This document shows, in pieces, positions 1 through 13,341 of a DNA stretch of 64,000 nt. The notes beneath the pieces were generated by a model that did no database searches, was not told where the DNA came from, and worked only from the letters and a program-made list of their open reading frames with translations. Source of the stretch: Moniliella sp. 'wahieum' (Eukaryota); NCBI GenBank assembly GCA_003971905.1, contig RSEE01000003.1, forward strand, positions 992,001-1,056,000, in the 5' to 3' direction. The number at the start of each line of letters is the position of its first letter. Position 1 is the stretch's first letter. The position numbers were made by a program, and so were the translations under genes.

Positions 1-194
1 ACTCCATGCTGGCATCTACGGCTGTCTAACCTTCGTCCCATAGTCCTACCTTTGCATGGTCTACAGCAAAAGTTGAGGTCGAGGCCGAGAAGAACGGGCG
101 TGATTGGGGGGTGGCCCAAGATGCAAGTGCGAATGAAAGGTCGTAAGACAGGGACTGGTCCAAACAAAAACACCAACCAGGAGGCGCAGGCAAG

Positions 195-3085
195 TCAAAG
201 GCCGTAGCGAGAAGCGAGCCGCTCGGCAATCAGGGGTGGGTACTGCTGCTTGCTGGCCTCCCAGTCAGCGGGACCAATCATCTGTTTGAATCCGTTGAGT
301 ATCTGGAGCGAGACAAGAGAAGCAGAGTCAGTCGTCCGATCCTAGGACGCATCACTCAGGGAAACCAAAACCAAAAACAAAACAACAGCGCGGGAAGGAG
401 AAATACGCACCCTGATGAAGTGGTCGTTAAGTTCCGTGCTGGGCGTTTGCCAACGCACAACGGCCATGCAAAAGTAGCCAAATGACTTGGAGATGGCATT
501 GGGATTGAGCTCGACCATACGGCAAAAGCCACGGAAGGCCGAGTCCTTCTCTTCGTTGTCCCGAATATCCCATAACGAGGTGCACCACGCTTGGGCAAAC
601 ATCTCGAGATGTGGCGCCACCACTTGGGGCGCCACTAAGCCCAACCGACCTAGCGTGACCGCCGCATTCTCTGTGAGAGACTTGCTGGTCCGGCCGAGCA
701 GAAGCGGGACAAGCCGCTGGACCAGAGGTAAGATCCACGGCTTCAGCTTGTCCTCGCCTAGTTGAAGTGCGATTTCGCCTACGGCCCAGACGGCATTGTT
801 GCACACTTGAACCGTCTCTTCTTGCGACGCCAGCTCGATTTGCCGCACCATCTCAGGCAAAATGTAGGGGAGGGAGGGCGCCAGCTGGGGGAAGGCAAAG
901 ATGGCCAGGTCACCCAACAGCGCATACGCAGATTGACGAACGTTGCTTTCAGCCACTTGGAGACACCGCACCAGAAGCGGCATCAGGTTGTGCGATGGGT
1001 CTCCTACCAAGGGCTGCGCTTGCGCCTGCAGGCCTTGCAACAGACCCGACAACAGGTCGAGCGACGTGACGACCAAGTCGCGCTCATCCCATTCCAGTTC
1101 CACCTCCGCTCCCTCGTACCTCTGCAGCACGTCCGCCACCATCTTCACACAGCGAGCGTAGACGGTAGGAGCGTACTGGCCAAAGCCCGTTCCGGACGCG
1201 ATCGCCACCGACGACAAGCATTCCAGCAGGGGGATCAAGTCCAAGTCGTCGTCATCCAGTTGGGAATAGCGGTCCATCAGGACAGGCAAGAATGCCTGCA
1301 GATGCTCGGCACGGTTCAGCTCGGCACCAACCGCATCGGCCAGGACGCAGATGGCGTCATACAGGACCAACAGATTCTTCTGTTGGTACGTGCGAAAGGC
1401 TTGGGCCAAGGTGTGCAGGACGGGTTCGAGGTAAGGGACGATTGCTTGGCCTGCTTCCTCTACAAGGGTGGCAAAGGCACTGCAGCCAGCTTCTTGCACC
1501 CTCTTGACATTGTCCAGAGTCCGGCCCAGTAAGCCTTCCAACACGGGCGCAAAATACGCGGCCAAATGCTCGGGCGAAGCATCGATGACATACCACCGCG
1601 AGTACCGGCCAAGGGTCCAACAGGTAATGGAGCGGACCAACGACTTGCTGTCAGAGAGGGTAGTGAGGAGGAGTGGGACGAGGGCAGCAAGGTGCGGGAC
1701 CATCCCGCCGAAAGCGCCTTCGGCCACCGCGCCCAGCGCCAGCAACGCCACTTCCCTCTGCAGCCAGTCTTCACTAAACAGGCGTTCTTTCAACAGTGGT
1801 AAAAACGGTTCCAACAACGATTCTCCAAATCGGACCGCCAAAACGTCCAAGGTGGCCGCGCTGCATTTGCGCAGGTTCCACCGCTGGGCTTCTTCTTCAT
1901 CGAGATCCTCCAGATCATCTTCGTCCCATTGGTCGTCGTCGTCATCGTCATCGTCGTCATTAGCAAAGCGCGCATCGATGGCTGCGCGAGAGCGCGCTTG
2001 CGTTGTCGTGGTTGGCTCCACATGCTCGTTCGTGTGGGCCGTACTACGAAGAAGTCGGGGAGCAATGTCCTCTGGACGATCGGGGACCGTCGCGTCGTCC
2101 TCGGCGGATCCGAGCAGTTGCTGATCCTCTTCCGAATAGACCATGCCATCCAACAAGCTCCCTACTAGCTTGCCCAGGTAAGGTTGCAGGCGGGGCACGA
2201 GCGTTTCCTCTTCGGCAAACTCGAGCCAAAACTCGGCCGCTTCCAGGCTCACCGCCTCGTCCTTCTCCCGCATCGAGTACATCATATAGTCTACCACACC
2301 ATCCAGATGCGGTTCGAGCTTGTCGAATCGGGTACGCAAGAGAATGGAGAAGGCCTTGCACACTTCCTTGCGGACAAAGGGGTCTTCGTCGGTGGCCAAG
2401 ACAAAGAGCGCGCTGATAAAGGGGTCCAGATGGGATTGAAACGTCAAGGAGGGCAGGTCGGCCATGCGATTGAGCGAGGTGAGCGCAGGGACACGCACCC
2501 TCTTCTCGGTGTAGGTGGCGGACTGGATCCATCCGGGAATAAGCACTTCAATGGGCTTGTTGCCATTGATGACCAAGCTTTCGAGGGCGGGGGCAATGTC
2601 TTCGGTCAGGCTGGCAAACACCTTGAACGCAGCTTCCATCTGGTCCGGGTTGTCGCTGTTCATGAGCTGGATGAGCTGGGCAATGCCGTCGGGCCAGGTA
2701 TCGAGGCCAAGTTCGAGGAGCGAGGTGAGGACCGCGCCGGCTGAACGGCGGGCCATGTCAGAGGGGAGGCGAGGAGGGGAAAGACGGCGCCACGGACATA
2801 GCTCAGGACAGACTCGGGGATGGCGTCGTAGTGTTGGTTGAGGTGGTTCTTGAGCATGATGCCGGCGATCGCCGAGGCGGCCGAGCCGGCGGGCTGGGCA
2901 TTGGCAAAGGCGTACATGAGGTAGGCGGCATAGTCGGGCACGTTGGCCTGGAGACGGGCCACGTCGGCGTGGACACGCTGCTGCGCCTCACTGTCGGGAG
3001 AGAGGGTGGCGTCGAGGAGACGGACGAAGCCGCTGTAGACGGCAGCGTCGGGCACCCATCCAGCGTCGGCAGCGGGTGCAGCCAT
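195..3085 (-). CDS. KAP104: Transportin / importin beta-2 (HEAT-repeat karyopherin)
   Basis: ORF 2660-3085 (AIAGIMLKNHL, importin N-terminal domain) joins ORF 342-2756 through a frameshift at the C-run near 2760. Acidic H8 loop followed by WNLRKCSAATLDVLA; also VRSITCWTLGRYS and ENAAVTLGRLG. Intron 410-303 (GTGCGT...CTGAC...CAG), then final exon ILNGFKQMIG...ERLASRYGL-stop at 195. Confidence 0.93.
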
Positions 3086-3464
3086 CTGCGGGGAGAGGAT
3101 GGGAGTGGTGGTGGGGGGGCGCGGCTTGGCGTTTCAAGCGGCGGCGGCCTTCTTGGGGCGGAGTGTGCTGTGTGGGAGCGGCAACCCTACCTGAGCGTTG
3201 GGGTTGATGTTGCGAGCGAGGAGGCGTTTGATGAGACGCGGGATGGATGCTCGCAGATGCGACAGCTGCTGCGTTTCAATTTCACCTGCGGCGCCGTGGC
3301 TTACCTCAGCGGCTGCGCCCCAGTGCGAACTGCCTCAGCAGCACACGTGACGCAGGGCGGCTGTGGGTGTGGGACAATAGGGCCATTGCATCACCCCAAC
3401 CCACAGGTGGCCCCTGCATGCTGGCGCTTCTGCTGCGCCCTCTGCCCCTTGCAGCACACCCACC

Positions 3465-4736
3465 ATGCCCCCTCCCAGCAGCACCCTCCGCCAGCGCCTC
3501 GTCCCCCCACTGCCGACGCTGCCGACACCGCCGACCCCACCGACACCGCCGACCCCACCGACACCGCCGACCCCACCGATACCACCGACGCCTCCGTGCC
3601 AGAGCCCTCCACAAACCCCCTCCTCTGCTCCTACGCCCAGCTGCCCGCCTGGGCCCAAGAGAACGCCTTCATCCGCCACGGCCACCGCCGCCCTGGCCCC
3701 GACCCAGGCAAGGCTCCCTCCCAGCCCGACGACCACGGCTCGATTGCCAAGTGTGTTCGCTCCATCTATGCCTACTGGCACAATGAGACGGTCAACATCC
3801 ACACCCATCTGTGGGGCGCCGTCGTCATCATCACCCTCGTCCTCCTCCACTTCTGCGGCTTCCATCACCACATCCTCTCTGAGGCTTTCGACATGGGGCC
3901 AGATGCCGATGCGGCCCGTCTGGCAGCCGTGGCAGCCGCCATGAGCAACCGAAGTTCGTCTGCCCCTCCGCGTCCTGCTCCGCGCCCCCAGCCCCACACG
4001 CGACATGCCCCCGCGCCCGCCCTCGCTGAGCGACAAGCTTGCCTTCACTTCCTTTTACGTCGGCGCTTTCATTTGTCTTGGTTTTAGCGCTACCTTCCAT
4101 ACACTCACCGCACACTCGCACCGCGTCTCTAAACTCAGCAACCGTCTCGACTACATTGGTATTGTCTGCATGATTGTAGGCTCTTACCTGCCTGCATTGC
4201 ACTACGGCTTCCACTGCCACCCCAACCTTGAACTGCTCTATGGCGGCAGCGTCTCCCTCCTGGGCGCTGTCGCAATCTACCTCGTTGCCCAAGAACGTTA
4301 CGCCACTTTGGAGTACCGCACCTTGCGCACCAACATTTTCCTTGCGCTCGGCCTCAGCGCGGTGGTGCCCACTGCCCACCTCATGTCCATGTACGGCGTA
4401 GCGACGGTGTCGCACACGATGGGCATGTACCACATCATGCTTTCCGGTGCGCTCTACGTCGTGGGCGCCTTGACGTACCTTGTGCGCTTCCCCGAACGTG
4501 TCTGGCCAGGCCGGTTCGATTACATCGGTGCGTCCCACCAGCTCTTTCACATTGCCATCCTGCTCGCCGCCTTGGCCCATTACGTTGCTCTTCGCCGTGG
4601 CTACACGTTTTGGCATACCGTTCAAGTCGGCCTCTTGGGCGATGCGGCCCAAGCGCTCGACTTGCCCATCAAAGAGGGCGATGAGGCCACAGTGCACGCC
4701 GTTTGTCAGACGTTGGAACGGTGGCGGCGCATGTGA
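3465..4736 (+). CDS. PAQR / hemolysin-III family (IZH/adiponectin-receptor-like) membrane protein
   Basis: Family motifs LPAWAQENAFI, HNETVNIHTH, SATFHTLTAHS, RLDYIGI and RFPERVWPGRFDYIGASHQLFH. Split across three frames by apparent indels (about 3500-3620 and 4010-4030). Confidence 0.9.
3519..3590 (+). repeat. 18-bp coding tandem repeat (GCCGACCCCACCGACACC, about 4 copies)
   Basis: Directly visible. Encodes TADPTD or PTPPTP units, depending on frame, in the PAQR N-terminus. Confidence 0.85.
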
Positions 4737-5001
4737 CCTGGACTGAACCTGGACTGAACCTGGACATGGACATGGAAATGGACCTGGACGTGCGAAGCAA
4801 GCTGCGCTCCCCTTCCTGTTCCATCGAAATTGAACTGCTTCATTGCTCCCCTCCATCTCATTGCAGTGCAGCAATGTAAGGTGGTAGGGGGGATGAGTGT
4901 GATAAAAAAAGTGGGAAAGGGGGAAGGGGAGGGGAGGGGTAGGTAGATGGTAGAAGAGAAAAAAAGAATGGACGGGCAGATGAGAAGTTCAAGCAGGGGT
5001 A

Positions 5002-5965
5002 TCACGGTGCCCATGCACCAAGCACATCCTCTGGCGACAGGGGTTGCACACTGGGCAGTTGATCCAACTGGGGCGCTGGTGCTGGTGCTGTGCCTGTGCT
5101 TGTGTCGGCACGGCGCCCACTAAAGCCAAGCCCAGCAGACCCACCTTGCACCCGTCGTCCCCTCGGCTTACCCGACGGCACAACTAACGAGCCAGCCAAG
5201 TCAGGCCCCGTCGTACCAAAGTCCACTAGCGCCCCAAATTCCAATTCCGTCCCGGCATCAACGACCGACGCAGCCACCTGGTCGCCCCCCGCACTCCTCG
5301 CGCTTTCGCCCGACGATGTCGTTCCCCTTGCCCCCCTGGCGGCACGGGACTGTCCCCATCAAGTGGCTCAATCGGTATGGTATCTTCCTCCTTCACCTGA
5401 CCCGAGAAGGGAGCCGCGGGCTCGACGACCTGAGCAGGCGGCGGAGGTTGCTCCGCAGCACCCGTGAAAAGCCGCTGCTTCGTCCTCGGGAGAAGGCGGG
5501 TCGTGGACCGATGGGGTACGTGTCGCCTCGGCCCCCACCGAAACGCGCGCCTCCGTCTCCTGTTCCTCTGTTTTCGAAGGTGAGTCAGGCCGGGAAGCGG
5601 ATGGCCCCGAGGCGTTGGAAGCGGGGGCGGCAGCTGGCTTCAAGCTGGCTGGCACCAAGGACGCCCGAGGTTGCTGGGACGCGGGGAGCGAGGTAGGCTT
5701 GGCCACCGGCGCCGGATGGGTGCAGGTGGATCAGGGGGGTGGTGGCAGGTGTGGATGCCGGGATGGAAGGCGAGGAAGCCAACGGCGCGAGAGACAACGC
5801 GAGCGACGACCTTCCATGCCACGCCTTGCCCGGGTGCAACACCGAGTAGAAGCTGGTGGAGCGCCTTCGGGCGTAGGGATCGGCCGCCGTCGCCGTCGCC
5901 GTCGTCGACGACGCTGAGGTGGGCGACGGTCGGGAACGATGGCGCAGTTGGTCCAACCAGCCCAT
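5002..5965 (-). CDS. Hypothetical low-complexity Ser/Pro/Ala-rich protein (frameshifted)
   Basis: Chain of overlapping minus-strand ORFs (MGWLDQLRHRSRP..., KPTSLPASQQP..., ...PLSPEDVLGAWAP-stop) with coding-like composition. No recognisable domain. Confidence 0.35.
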
Positions 5966-7892
5966 CGAAGAGGATGCAGACGGAGCCAGAACACGTAGGG
6001 AGCCAAGGACAGGTGGTGTGAGGCCTGAGGAAAGGTTGGGTGTCAACATGTCAACCACGCCTCGGACTGAGCACGCACATCTACCTGACTAACTCCATTT
6101 GCAACTCTCCCCACCCGAGTAACCCAACACAGTCCTGACGCGCCTGACGGCTGACGGCTGACGCTGCCGCCTACGCTGAGCGCTCACGCTGAGGCTGAGC
6201 CAAGCAAGCGTGCGCGATTGGCCAATGGGGGGCAGAAGGGGGCAGATCCGAGCAAATCCCACAGCACGCTCCGCACAGCCCACCTCTGTCGGCACGAGAG
6301 ACCCCGGACCAGGGCCCCAAGTGGAGCTGTTGCGGTGGGTCCAGCATGGGGTCCGTGGAGTGGCCCAACCCTACTGCCCGTGTCCACGTCGTTGTGACAG
6401 TACCCAGGCCCAAGAGAGGAGGCCTTGAAGCTTGAGCTTTAGCGCCCCTGCAACACCTGGTCATATGTAGCGTAACCGGTAAGGTCTAAGGTGGCTTGTT
6501 TCGGCAAGCGCGGGTGTGGCCTGTGTGCATGTGGGCGCTGGCGGTGGGAGGCATTGGATTGATATGGATATGTGAGGGGGTACTGCTCGCGATCCTGGGC
6601 TCCGCAGGCCACACCAGTAATATACTGATGCTGTGGCGCTGTTGAGGATCAGCCCAGTGGTTTGTGTTGGAGGAGGGATGGGCAGCGGGAACTGGCCTGA
6701 GGCAACTGTGGTAAATGAGTCCATGGGGTGAATGATTCGCGCGCGCACGGTGTATCTGGCATTGGGACGGTTGTGTGGGCTGAATGATCGACTATCTGTG
6801 CAACAGAAGCCGGTGGTGACTGGCTCGCGCCTCCTTGTAAAAGACCAGAGGACAGGCAGTTGGTGGTATATTGCATTGCACATGAGCTACAGAGGCTAGA
6901 GAATATTCCTGCCAGCCAGGAAGGAATATTGCACGGAACAAACCAGAAGGTTCCGGACTTGGGCTACCGGCGCCACTACACCAGTGTGGCGTCACACTCC
7001 TTTTCCTTGCGGCGGATCTAGTGGAGAGGCCAAAATGGTTGAACGAAATGCTGGTGGGATAGTCGAATGGCTAGCCACTGGTCACTCCAGAGCAAGGAGC
7101 AGACGACAGGCCTCTCCCATCCTCCCCTTTGAAGTTGAGGCGTTCAAGTGCGAGTAGGAGGTGCCGGGGGTGCCGGTCCGTACTGAGTGTGGTCTGATTT
7201 CTGATTCGGCTGGCATGCTGACATGCATTTGACAGTCAGGTGACAGGTGATGACAGGTGACACACGTGTGGCACATGTGATGTCAAGTAAGTAGCCACTA
7301 GGAGTAACCATCAACATTAGCGTCCCGTGTCGCAATACGTGGCCGGTATAACCGGTAGCCATTAAACGTTACGCGCTAACCCAGCAGCCCCGAGCAGGCT
7401 CCAATCGGTTCCCCGCTTCTTCCGAAGTTCACATCGTTCAGAGGAGACGGCAGCGACGGTGCTCAATGCGGCCACACTGGTTCTTTGTTGGTGTCCCTCG
7501 GTTGGACCGGGCGAGCGGAGTTGGGCATTGCGACCCCCTGGCACATGAATCATTTCGAAACAGGCCCGGTTGCCCCCTAACGGAAACAGACGAGGGCTAG
7601 AGATAACTCGACCCCTCCGCGCTATCCCGGATAAGGACCGAGGGCATGCTTGCCCCCATCGGTTCGCTCGACAGCGGTGTAGCAGGGTGTGGCCTGGGCG
7701 AGGGCCCGGGCAGGGAAGAGGAGGGCCGAGGCTCGGCCCCGAGGAGCAGCCAACGGAGCAAGCAAATCACCGGGCGGAATGGATGGTTCCGCCGTCTTCA
7801 ACGTTCAATGTTCAACGTTCAACCCATCCGGCCGGCCTTTTGTTCCAACCGAATTGTTCTGTTTCCCAACGACCCAGTCGCTTGCCCCCATC

Positions 7893-8982
7893 ATGATGGG
7901 ACCTGCTGGATTTACGCGTCTTTTGTCGGCCATCTTTCGCCCGACGTGCGCGTTCGCGATCTCGAGGACGAGTTCGGACGCTATGGGGTACGTCGGCCGC
8001 TTGCTCGTTTCTGTACTACACTAACACCTCCCGTCGTCCTAATCAGCGCCTGGTTGATGTGCGCATCATGGGCCACGGCAACTTCGCATTTGTCGAGTTT
8101 GACGACCCTCGCGACGCTGACGATGCCGCGTGTATGTCCCCCCTCCCTTGTGCTGCAGCACCAGCTCTTTGTAACCTACTCCTAACCACTGCCTCGTCCC
8201 GCTTCGCAGGACTTGCACGGCCGCATGTTTATGGGCGACCGTTATTGTCGAGCCCGCTAAGCGCCCGCCTGGCCCGGCCGGGCCCGGCCGTGGGCCGCGC
8301 GGTGGCCCCCGTCGCCCCAGATTCCGTCTGTTCGTGAGCAACCTGCCCCCCGGCACGTCATGGCAGGACGTCAAGGATCTGGGACGCAAGTACGGCCATG
8401 TCCAGTTTGCCGACATTGATCCCTACCGTCGCGACGAGGGCATGTTGGAGTTTGAAACGCCTGAAGACCTGGAGGCAGCGTTGCGCATCGACGGAATGGT
8501 GCTCCGCGGTAACACGCTCCGTGCCGAGCCGGAAGACCCCTCGTTCCTGCCGCCTCCCACGCGCCGCTCGCACTCGCCGCGCCGCTCGAGGTCCCCCCTG
8601 CCACGCGATGGCAGGGAGCCTTCCCCCCACGGTTACCGCGACGACCGATACCGCGACGACCGATACCGCGACGACCGCTACCGTGATGACCGCTACCCTG
8701 ACGACCGGTACCGTGGCGAGCCCCCGTCTCGGGATCGTGCCGAGGGATACCCTCGTCCGAGCGGCCGCCCCGTGACGACCGCCCGCGATCGGTCTCTCCC
8801 CGCCCCGAAGCGGCGGTGGTGGAGAAGGGGAAACCCCTCCCACCTCTCTGCCCCCCGTGGCTGCACCGGAAGAAACGGAAGAGACGGGAGACAAGACGAC
8901 GGACAAGACTGCCGAAGAGCCTGCCGAGGAGCTTGCCAAGGAGCCTACCAACCAGCCTGCTGAAGAGCCGATTGAGGCGTAA
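7893..8982 (+). CDS. SR-family splicing factor with two RRMs (Srp2/SRSF-like)
   Basis: RRM1 reads FVGHLSPDVRVRDLEDEFGRYG, intron 7988-8046, then RLVDVRIMGHGNFAFVEFDDPRDADDA; second intron about 8132-8209. Pseudo-RRM2 has the SWQD.KD signature (SNLPPGTSWQDVKDLGRKYG). Arg/Ser- and Arg/Asp-rich tail. Confidence 0.85.
8630..8715 (+). repeat. 15-bp coding tandem repeat encoding (DDRYR)n
   Basis: GACGACCGATACCGC-like units, about 5 copies, in the SR protein tail. Confidence 0.85.
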
Positions 8983-9255
8983 ATGCCCCCCCTCCCCCGA
9001 ACCCCCCTCCCTTCTGCGCTCACGTCTCTTCTGCGTTGACTTGGTGACCTATGTGATCTCTCTAGCACGGGGCGTTGGTCGCAGATCAGAGAAAGGGCAA
9101 GGCCATCCCCTGCCGTGGCAACGGGGCAAGACGGAGGAAAGATGAGAAATGTTATCAAGTTTAGGTATCACCGTACATCGCATGGGACAGGAGGAGATAG
9201 GAACACGGTGTTTGGGGGAACGGGGAGAGAAGGATCCACGGCTTCCATAACCGCT

Positions 9256-10518
9256 TTAATCCGTTCTTACAGGGCCAAAGCACTTACGCTTTCCCAGCCA
9301 GTAGCGTGTACGGATCGGATCGGCGTTGACCAGGCGGGTGAGCAGGCGTTAGTAAAGCGTCTGTACGATACGATTCCGCCTCCTCGGCCGGCAGATCTGG
9401 GTCACGCAAGCGTGCCTCCAAGCTGTCCAGTCTCCACTCGAGCGCATGCGGCGTCCCGTTCCCGCCCATATCGGCGTCCGGCGAAGCCACAATGTCCTCC
9501 TCTGATGGACTGAGACTGGCAGCAAACAAGTCGAGTTGGTCGCGCACTTGCTGGGCCAGGCGGCCCTTGGACCTTGCGTACGCCACCCGGTCTGCATCGT
9601 CGGAACCGAGTAACCGATTCGACTCTCTCTCCAGTTGTGCGTACGCGCCCCGCAGATACGCCCAGGGAGACGCGTTGTTCTTGGTGACTGCAATCTTGTT
9701 CTTGGTGTAGGTGATCTCGCCGCACACGCTAGCCAGGGGGTCGGAAGACGCTTGCAGAAGCCCTGCGCCAAACTGAACGAAATACCGATGATTCCAAGCA
9801 CTGTTGTTGAACACGTCACTGGCAATCATGGTCTCGGTAAAGCTCACCTCCCTGTCCCAGAGCGAGGGCACGGCGCGCGCTTGCTCCTGGCGCAACGCGC
9901 TCTCGGGACTAGTGTCCTGCTTCCCGGGCATGCCTGCAAAGTAAACCAGGGCCCACTCGCGGTGGATCCAGGTATGATAGTTTTTGCCATCCTCCGCCAA
10001 TACCGAGGCGGTCAGATCCAGTTCCGTCTGGGCCAGTTGGGCCCACAGCGCGCTGGCCGCCGTGCCTGCCTGGGGCAGACGGGCGGCAAGGCGTCGTGCC
10101 AGTTCCATGACCACGTTCTTGCGGTGCTGCCAGACTTGGTACTGCTTCATGTGCACCAGACAGCTGTGGTCGAGCATGGTCATTTCGGCCGCCAGACGCG
10201 CTTCGACGCTCAGGACGGGAGGGAGGGAGGGATCGTCACGGACTGCTCGGGCGCGGGAGGCAAGTCAGCGCACAAAAGCTGGAAGCGGTAGGCCCAGACG
10301 GTATAGTTGCTACTGGCGTGCTGGGCTAGGTAGCTGGTAAGGCCCAGCGCGCGCAAGCTCAGTTCGCCCTGGTTCGACAAGGTGCGGAAGAGGGACATGG
10401 CACGAGCAAAGTCGGGGGGGTAGAGGATGAGGCAGAGGGGCTCGGTCGTCTCTGCTTGCGGGGTGGGCACAACGTCGGCCCACACAGGGCTGGAGGCATC
10501 AAAGAAGGGTGTGTCCAT
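9256..10518 (-). CDS. RAM2: Protein farnesyltransferase / geranylgeranyltransferase-I alpha subunit
   Basis: Five PPTA repeats: SNYTVWAYRF, KQYQVWQHRK, KNYHTWIHRE, FNNSAWNHRY, NNASPWAYLRG. C-terminal DPIRTRYW. Frameshifts near 10210 and 9350. Confidence 0.9.
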
Positions 10519-11408
10519 AGGCGGGCGGGGGGAGGGGGTAACGGGAACGGGAGGCCAATGGCGGCGGTGGGCGTGGGTTTGGTCGTTGCGGCCAGCGTCA
10601 GCATCAGCTTCGCGTGAAGCTTGACCCCTTGACGCTTTTGCGCCATCCAGCTGTCACACGCTCGGGCGCTCCCCGTTGGAATCTGACGTCACTCGCGTCA
10701 CGCATCCCTCGTGGACACCCTCATGTCCAACGTTGTCCAATCCATTAATCCACGCCAGCCAGGCGCCGCCAGCGCGGCCAATTTACACACTGGCGCTGTG
10801 GCAGGCGGCGACCAACCCTAGTATCGGGGGAGGGCGACACTGCCTCCCGGCTCAGCCCTGCTTTGCCTGTTCAGTGGTTCAGTTCCAAGCGGTTGCCGTT
10901 TTCAGCCCTGGGTCTGGCGGCTGGCGGCCACTGGGAGCCACCCGAGCCGCGTTTATCGTACGGCGCATCGCCTCTTCAGGACGATGGCGACTCAGAAAAC
11001 ACATCGCCACCCCCTCGGTCCTCGTTTGTTTGTCAACCCATCAACCACAGCACAGGCAGTGGTTTTGGGCAGCAATTCGACAACAGCCAGGCTCCTCCAG
11101 CACGGATCGATTCCACTACATCGCCGGAGGCACAAAAACTACTACTAGCAGAAAGCGTGTGCAAATGTCCGGAATCCCAGTTCGACACGAATGGTTTGAT
11201 CTTTCCTAGCCTCCTATTACCGCACGTTGATAGCCCATCTTCGATACATTGGTCATACCAGTAAGTTCTGGAGCGACAGACAGAACGCGTGAAAGAGAAG
11301 CAAGTTGCGGATTTTCATTGGTTGCGCATTACATCGCTACTCCCAATTGCATTACATTCGCCGCAGAAAAAGATGTGAGAAGGCACAGGGGAAAGGGGAA
11401 GGGGCTAG

Positions 11409-13341
11409 CTAAAATTCACGTTGTTTGCCCACAATTTTTGTTTGCCTTGTGGACCGCACCCCCATCGACTGGTCCATTGTCGTTCGTCAGCTCATGTTCC
11501 CGCAACCAGCGACGCAAACCAAAAGGAAAGTTGAGACGTACCACGCGGTTGCACCCAAAAACATTGATCCGCTTCAAGCTGCCCTGGAGCAGCTGGAGAA
11601 GCAAGTTGTCTCCCACGGACCGTACGAAGGATACGTCCAGCACCTGCAACTTTGGGATCGCTTCGGGCCGTAGGAGAGCCAACCCAGCCTCGGTCAAGGC
11701 ATCATCGGAGTTGAGATTGAGGAAAGTCAATGTTTTGCCCGAATGGGATAGAATCGCAGCCAGAACGTCATTTCCCACTCCCGGAATCCGACTGATATCG
11801 AGACTCTGAAGCCCTGCTGACTTGCCCTCGGGAGGGGTCCAGGCATCAAACAATTCCCCCAACCCATCCGAGGTAAGCTGTTGGAGTTGGGACAAGTTGA
11901 GCGATTCTAGTTCACGGCTGTTCTTGACCCCGATCAACACTTGGTCCGTCAAGTCTGCATTGCCCGAAAGATTAAGGTAACGAAGGCCCGCGCCCACATG
12001 ATCCAGAAGGGCAAGAACCTCTTCATCCTGCAAACTTTTGGGGGGTACCCCAGGGGCCGACACGCCCGGGTCAGAGATATCAAGATAGGTCAAATGAGTA
12101 AAGACATGCAGCGGCTGCAGCGCCTTGGCGTCCAAGGGGCCAATTTGGGCCAAGCCCAACTGGGTCAGGTTCGGACAGTGGTTGGCCAAAGCCTGGGTAC
12201 AGGGCAGGTTGAATCGTGCCGACTCTCGGATCTTGAAACTGGTCAGACCAGCGCCCACTTGAGCAAAAACGTCTCCCATGCCTCTTGCCGAACCAGAAAG
12301 GGGCCGTAAAGCTCCACATCGGTCAGCTTTTCTCCCCATTTGGTCCCCCATGAAGCTAGGACCGAGTTGTCAATCTGCCCACACAGTTGCAAGTTGATAT
12401 TATGAATCTGGGGGCAAAAGTCGGGCAAGGTACGAAGCGTAAGTGCAGACAAGTCGCTGCAATCGTACAGTCGCAGGTCGTGAACGTCAGGTGCAAGAAA
12501 CAGTTTCACCGTCTCATTGTCCAGTCGGCGGTTTCGGCACAAGGCCTGGGCAATCTTATCCTTGTTCTCCCCCTTGACACTGGACAGATCGTCGACCTGT
12601 TCAATGTGACGGCTCAAGACATTGATGCACATCTCCTGCAGCGTCGGCAACGTCTCGGCTTTCAATTCGAGCATGGCCTTTCGTCGTGCCGCCGCGGGAC
12701 GCGGGGCGCATAGGTTTCGCCTTAGCCGTCGTGGAAGTACGAGCGTCTTCAGCGGCGTTGGCTCCACACGCATGGCAGATGGACCTTTTGCAACATAGGC
12801 AGTGTACGCCGTGACGGAAAACCGTTTCTTGCATCCGGCGCAGTAGGCCAACGCACCATTCGGTTTGATCATCGAGGCCGGTGGGCGAATTTTGACGAGC
12901 GAAGTCCCGCGCTCAACTGCTCTGACCTTAGAGGGGGGTACCCGTTTGGCCACCCTCCCCTCATCCTCATCTCTTCCTCGTCTTCATCCTCGTCGCCATC
13001 CGACTCATCAAACGTCTTGCGCTTACGGTTCCGTGCCTGTGCCGCTGCCCGGATCCGAGCGAGCTTTTCCGCCGTCGTCTCTGTCCCACTTGCCCGGGAT
13101 CCAGGAGACGAGGGCACGTCCGTAGCACCATCTTGGCCGTCGCCATCCAAATTAAACGTGTTTACTTGTTCGCCATCGCCCCGTCGGGAAAAGCGACTGA
13201 GGTTGCCACGGGCTGTAATGCCTTTTTCCTATTAGTGCGAGTAGCGTTAGTAGCGGCAGAGACAAAGAACGGAGCGAAGCGGGAGGTGCGCACCCGGAGG
13301 AACTCGGTCAGGGCACTGGTAGGGCCGCGGACGTTCGACAT
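11409..13341 (-). CDS. RAD7: Nucleotide excision repair LRR protein Rad7/Rhp7
   Basis: N-terminal MSNVRGPTSALTEFLR followed by an intron; Cys motif YCAGCKKRFSVTAYT; LPTLQEMCI; IAQALCRNRRLD; multiple LRRs ending DVSFVRSV...INVFGCNRV. Terminal intron (GTACGT at about 11541); last exon ends IVGKQREF-stop. Confidence 0.85.

Noticed and set aside
762..4874. Long antisense or alternative-frame ORFs (e.g. 762-1532 +, 1468-2124 +, 3831-4874 -) as separate genes
   Set aside because: They are shadows of GC-rich coding sequence overlapping KAP104 and the PAQR gene, with no protein motifs.
4989..5183. Zinc finger in ORF ending CPVCNPCRQRMCLVHGH
   Set aside because: Probably an off-frame reading of the hypothetical gene's 3' end; the spacing matches no finger class I recognise.
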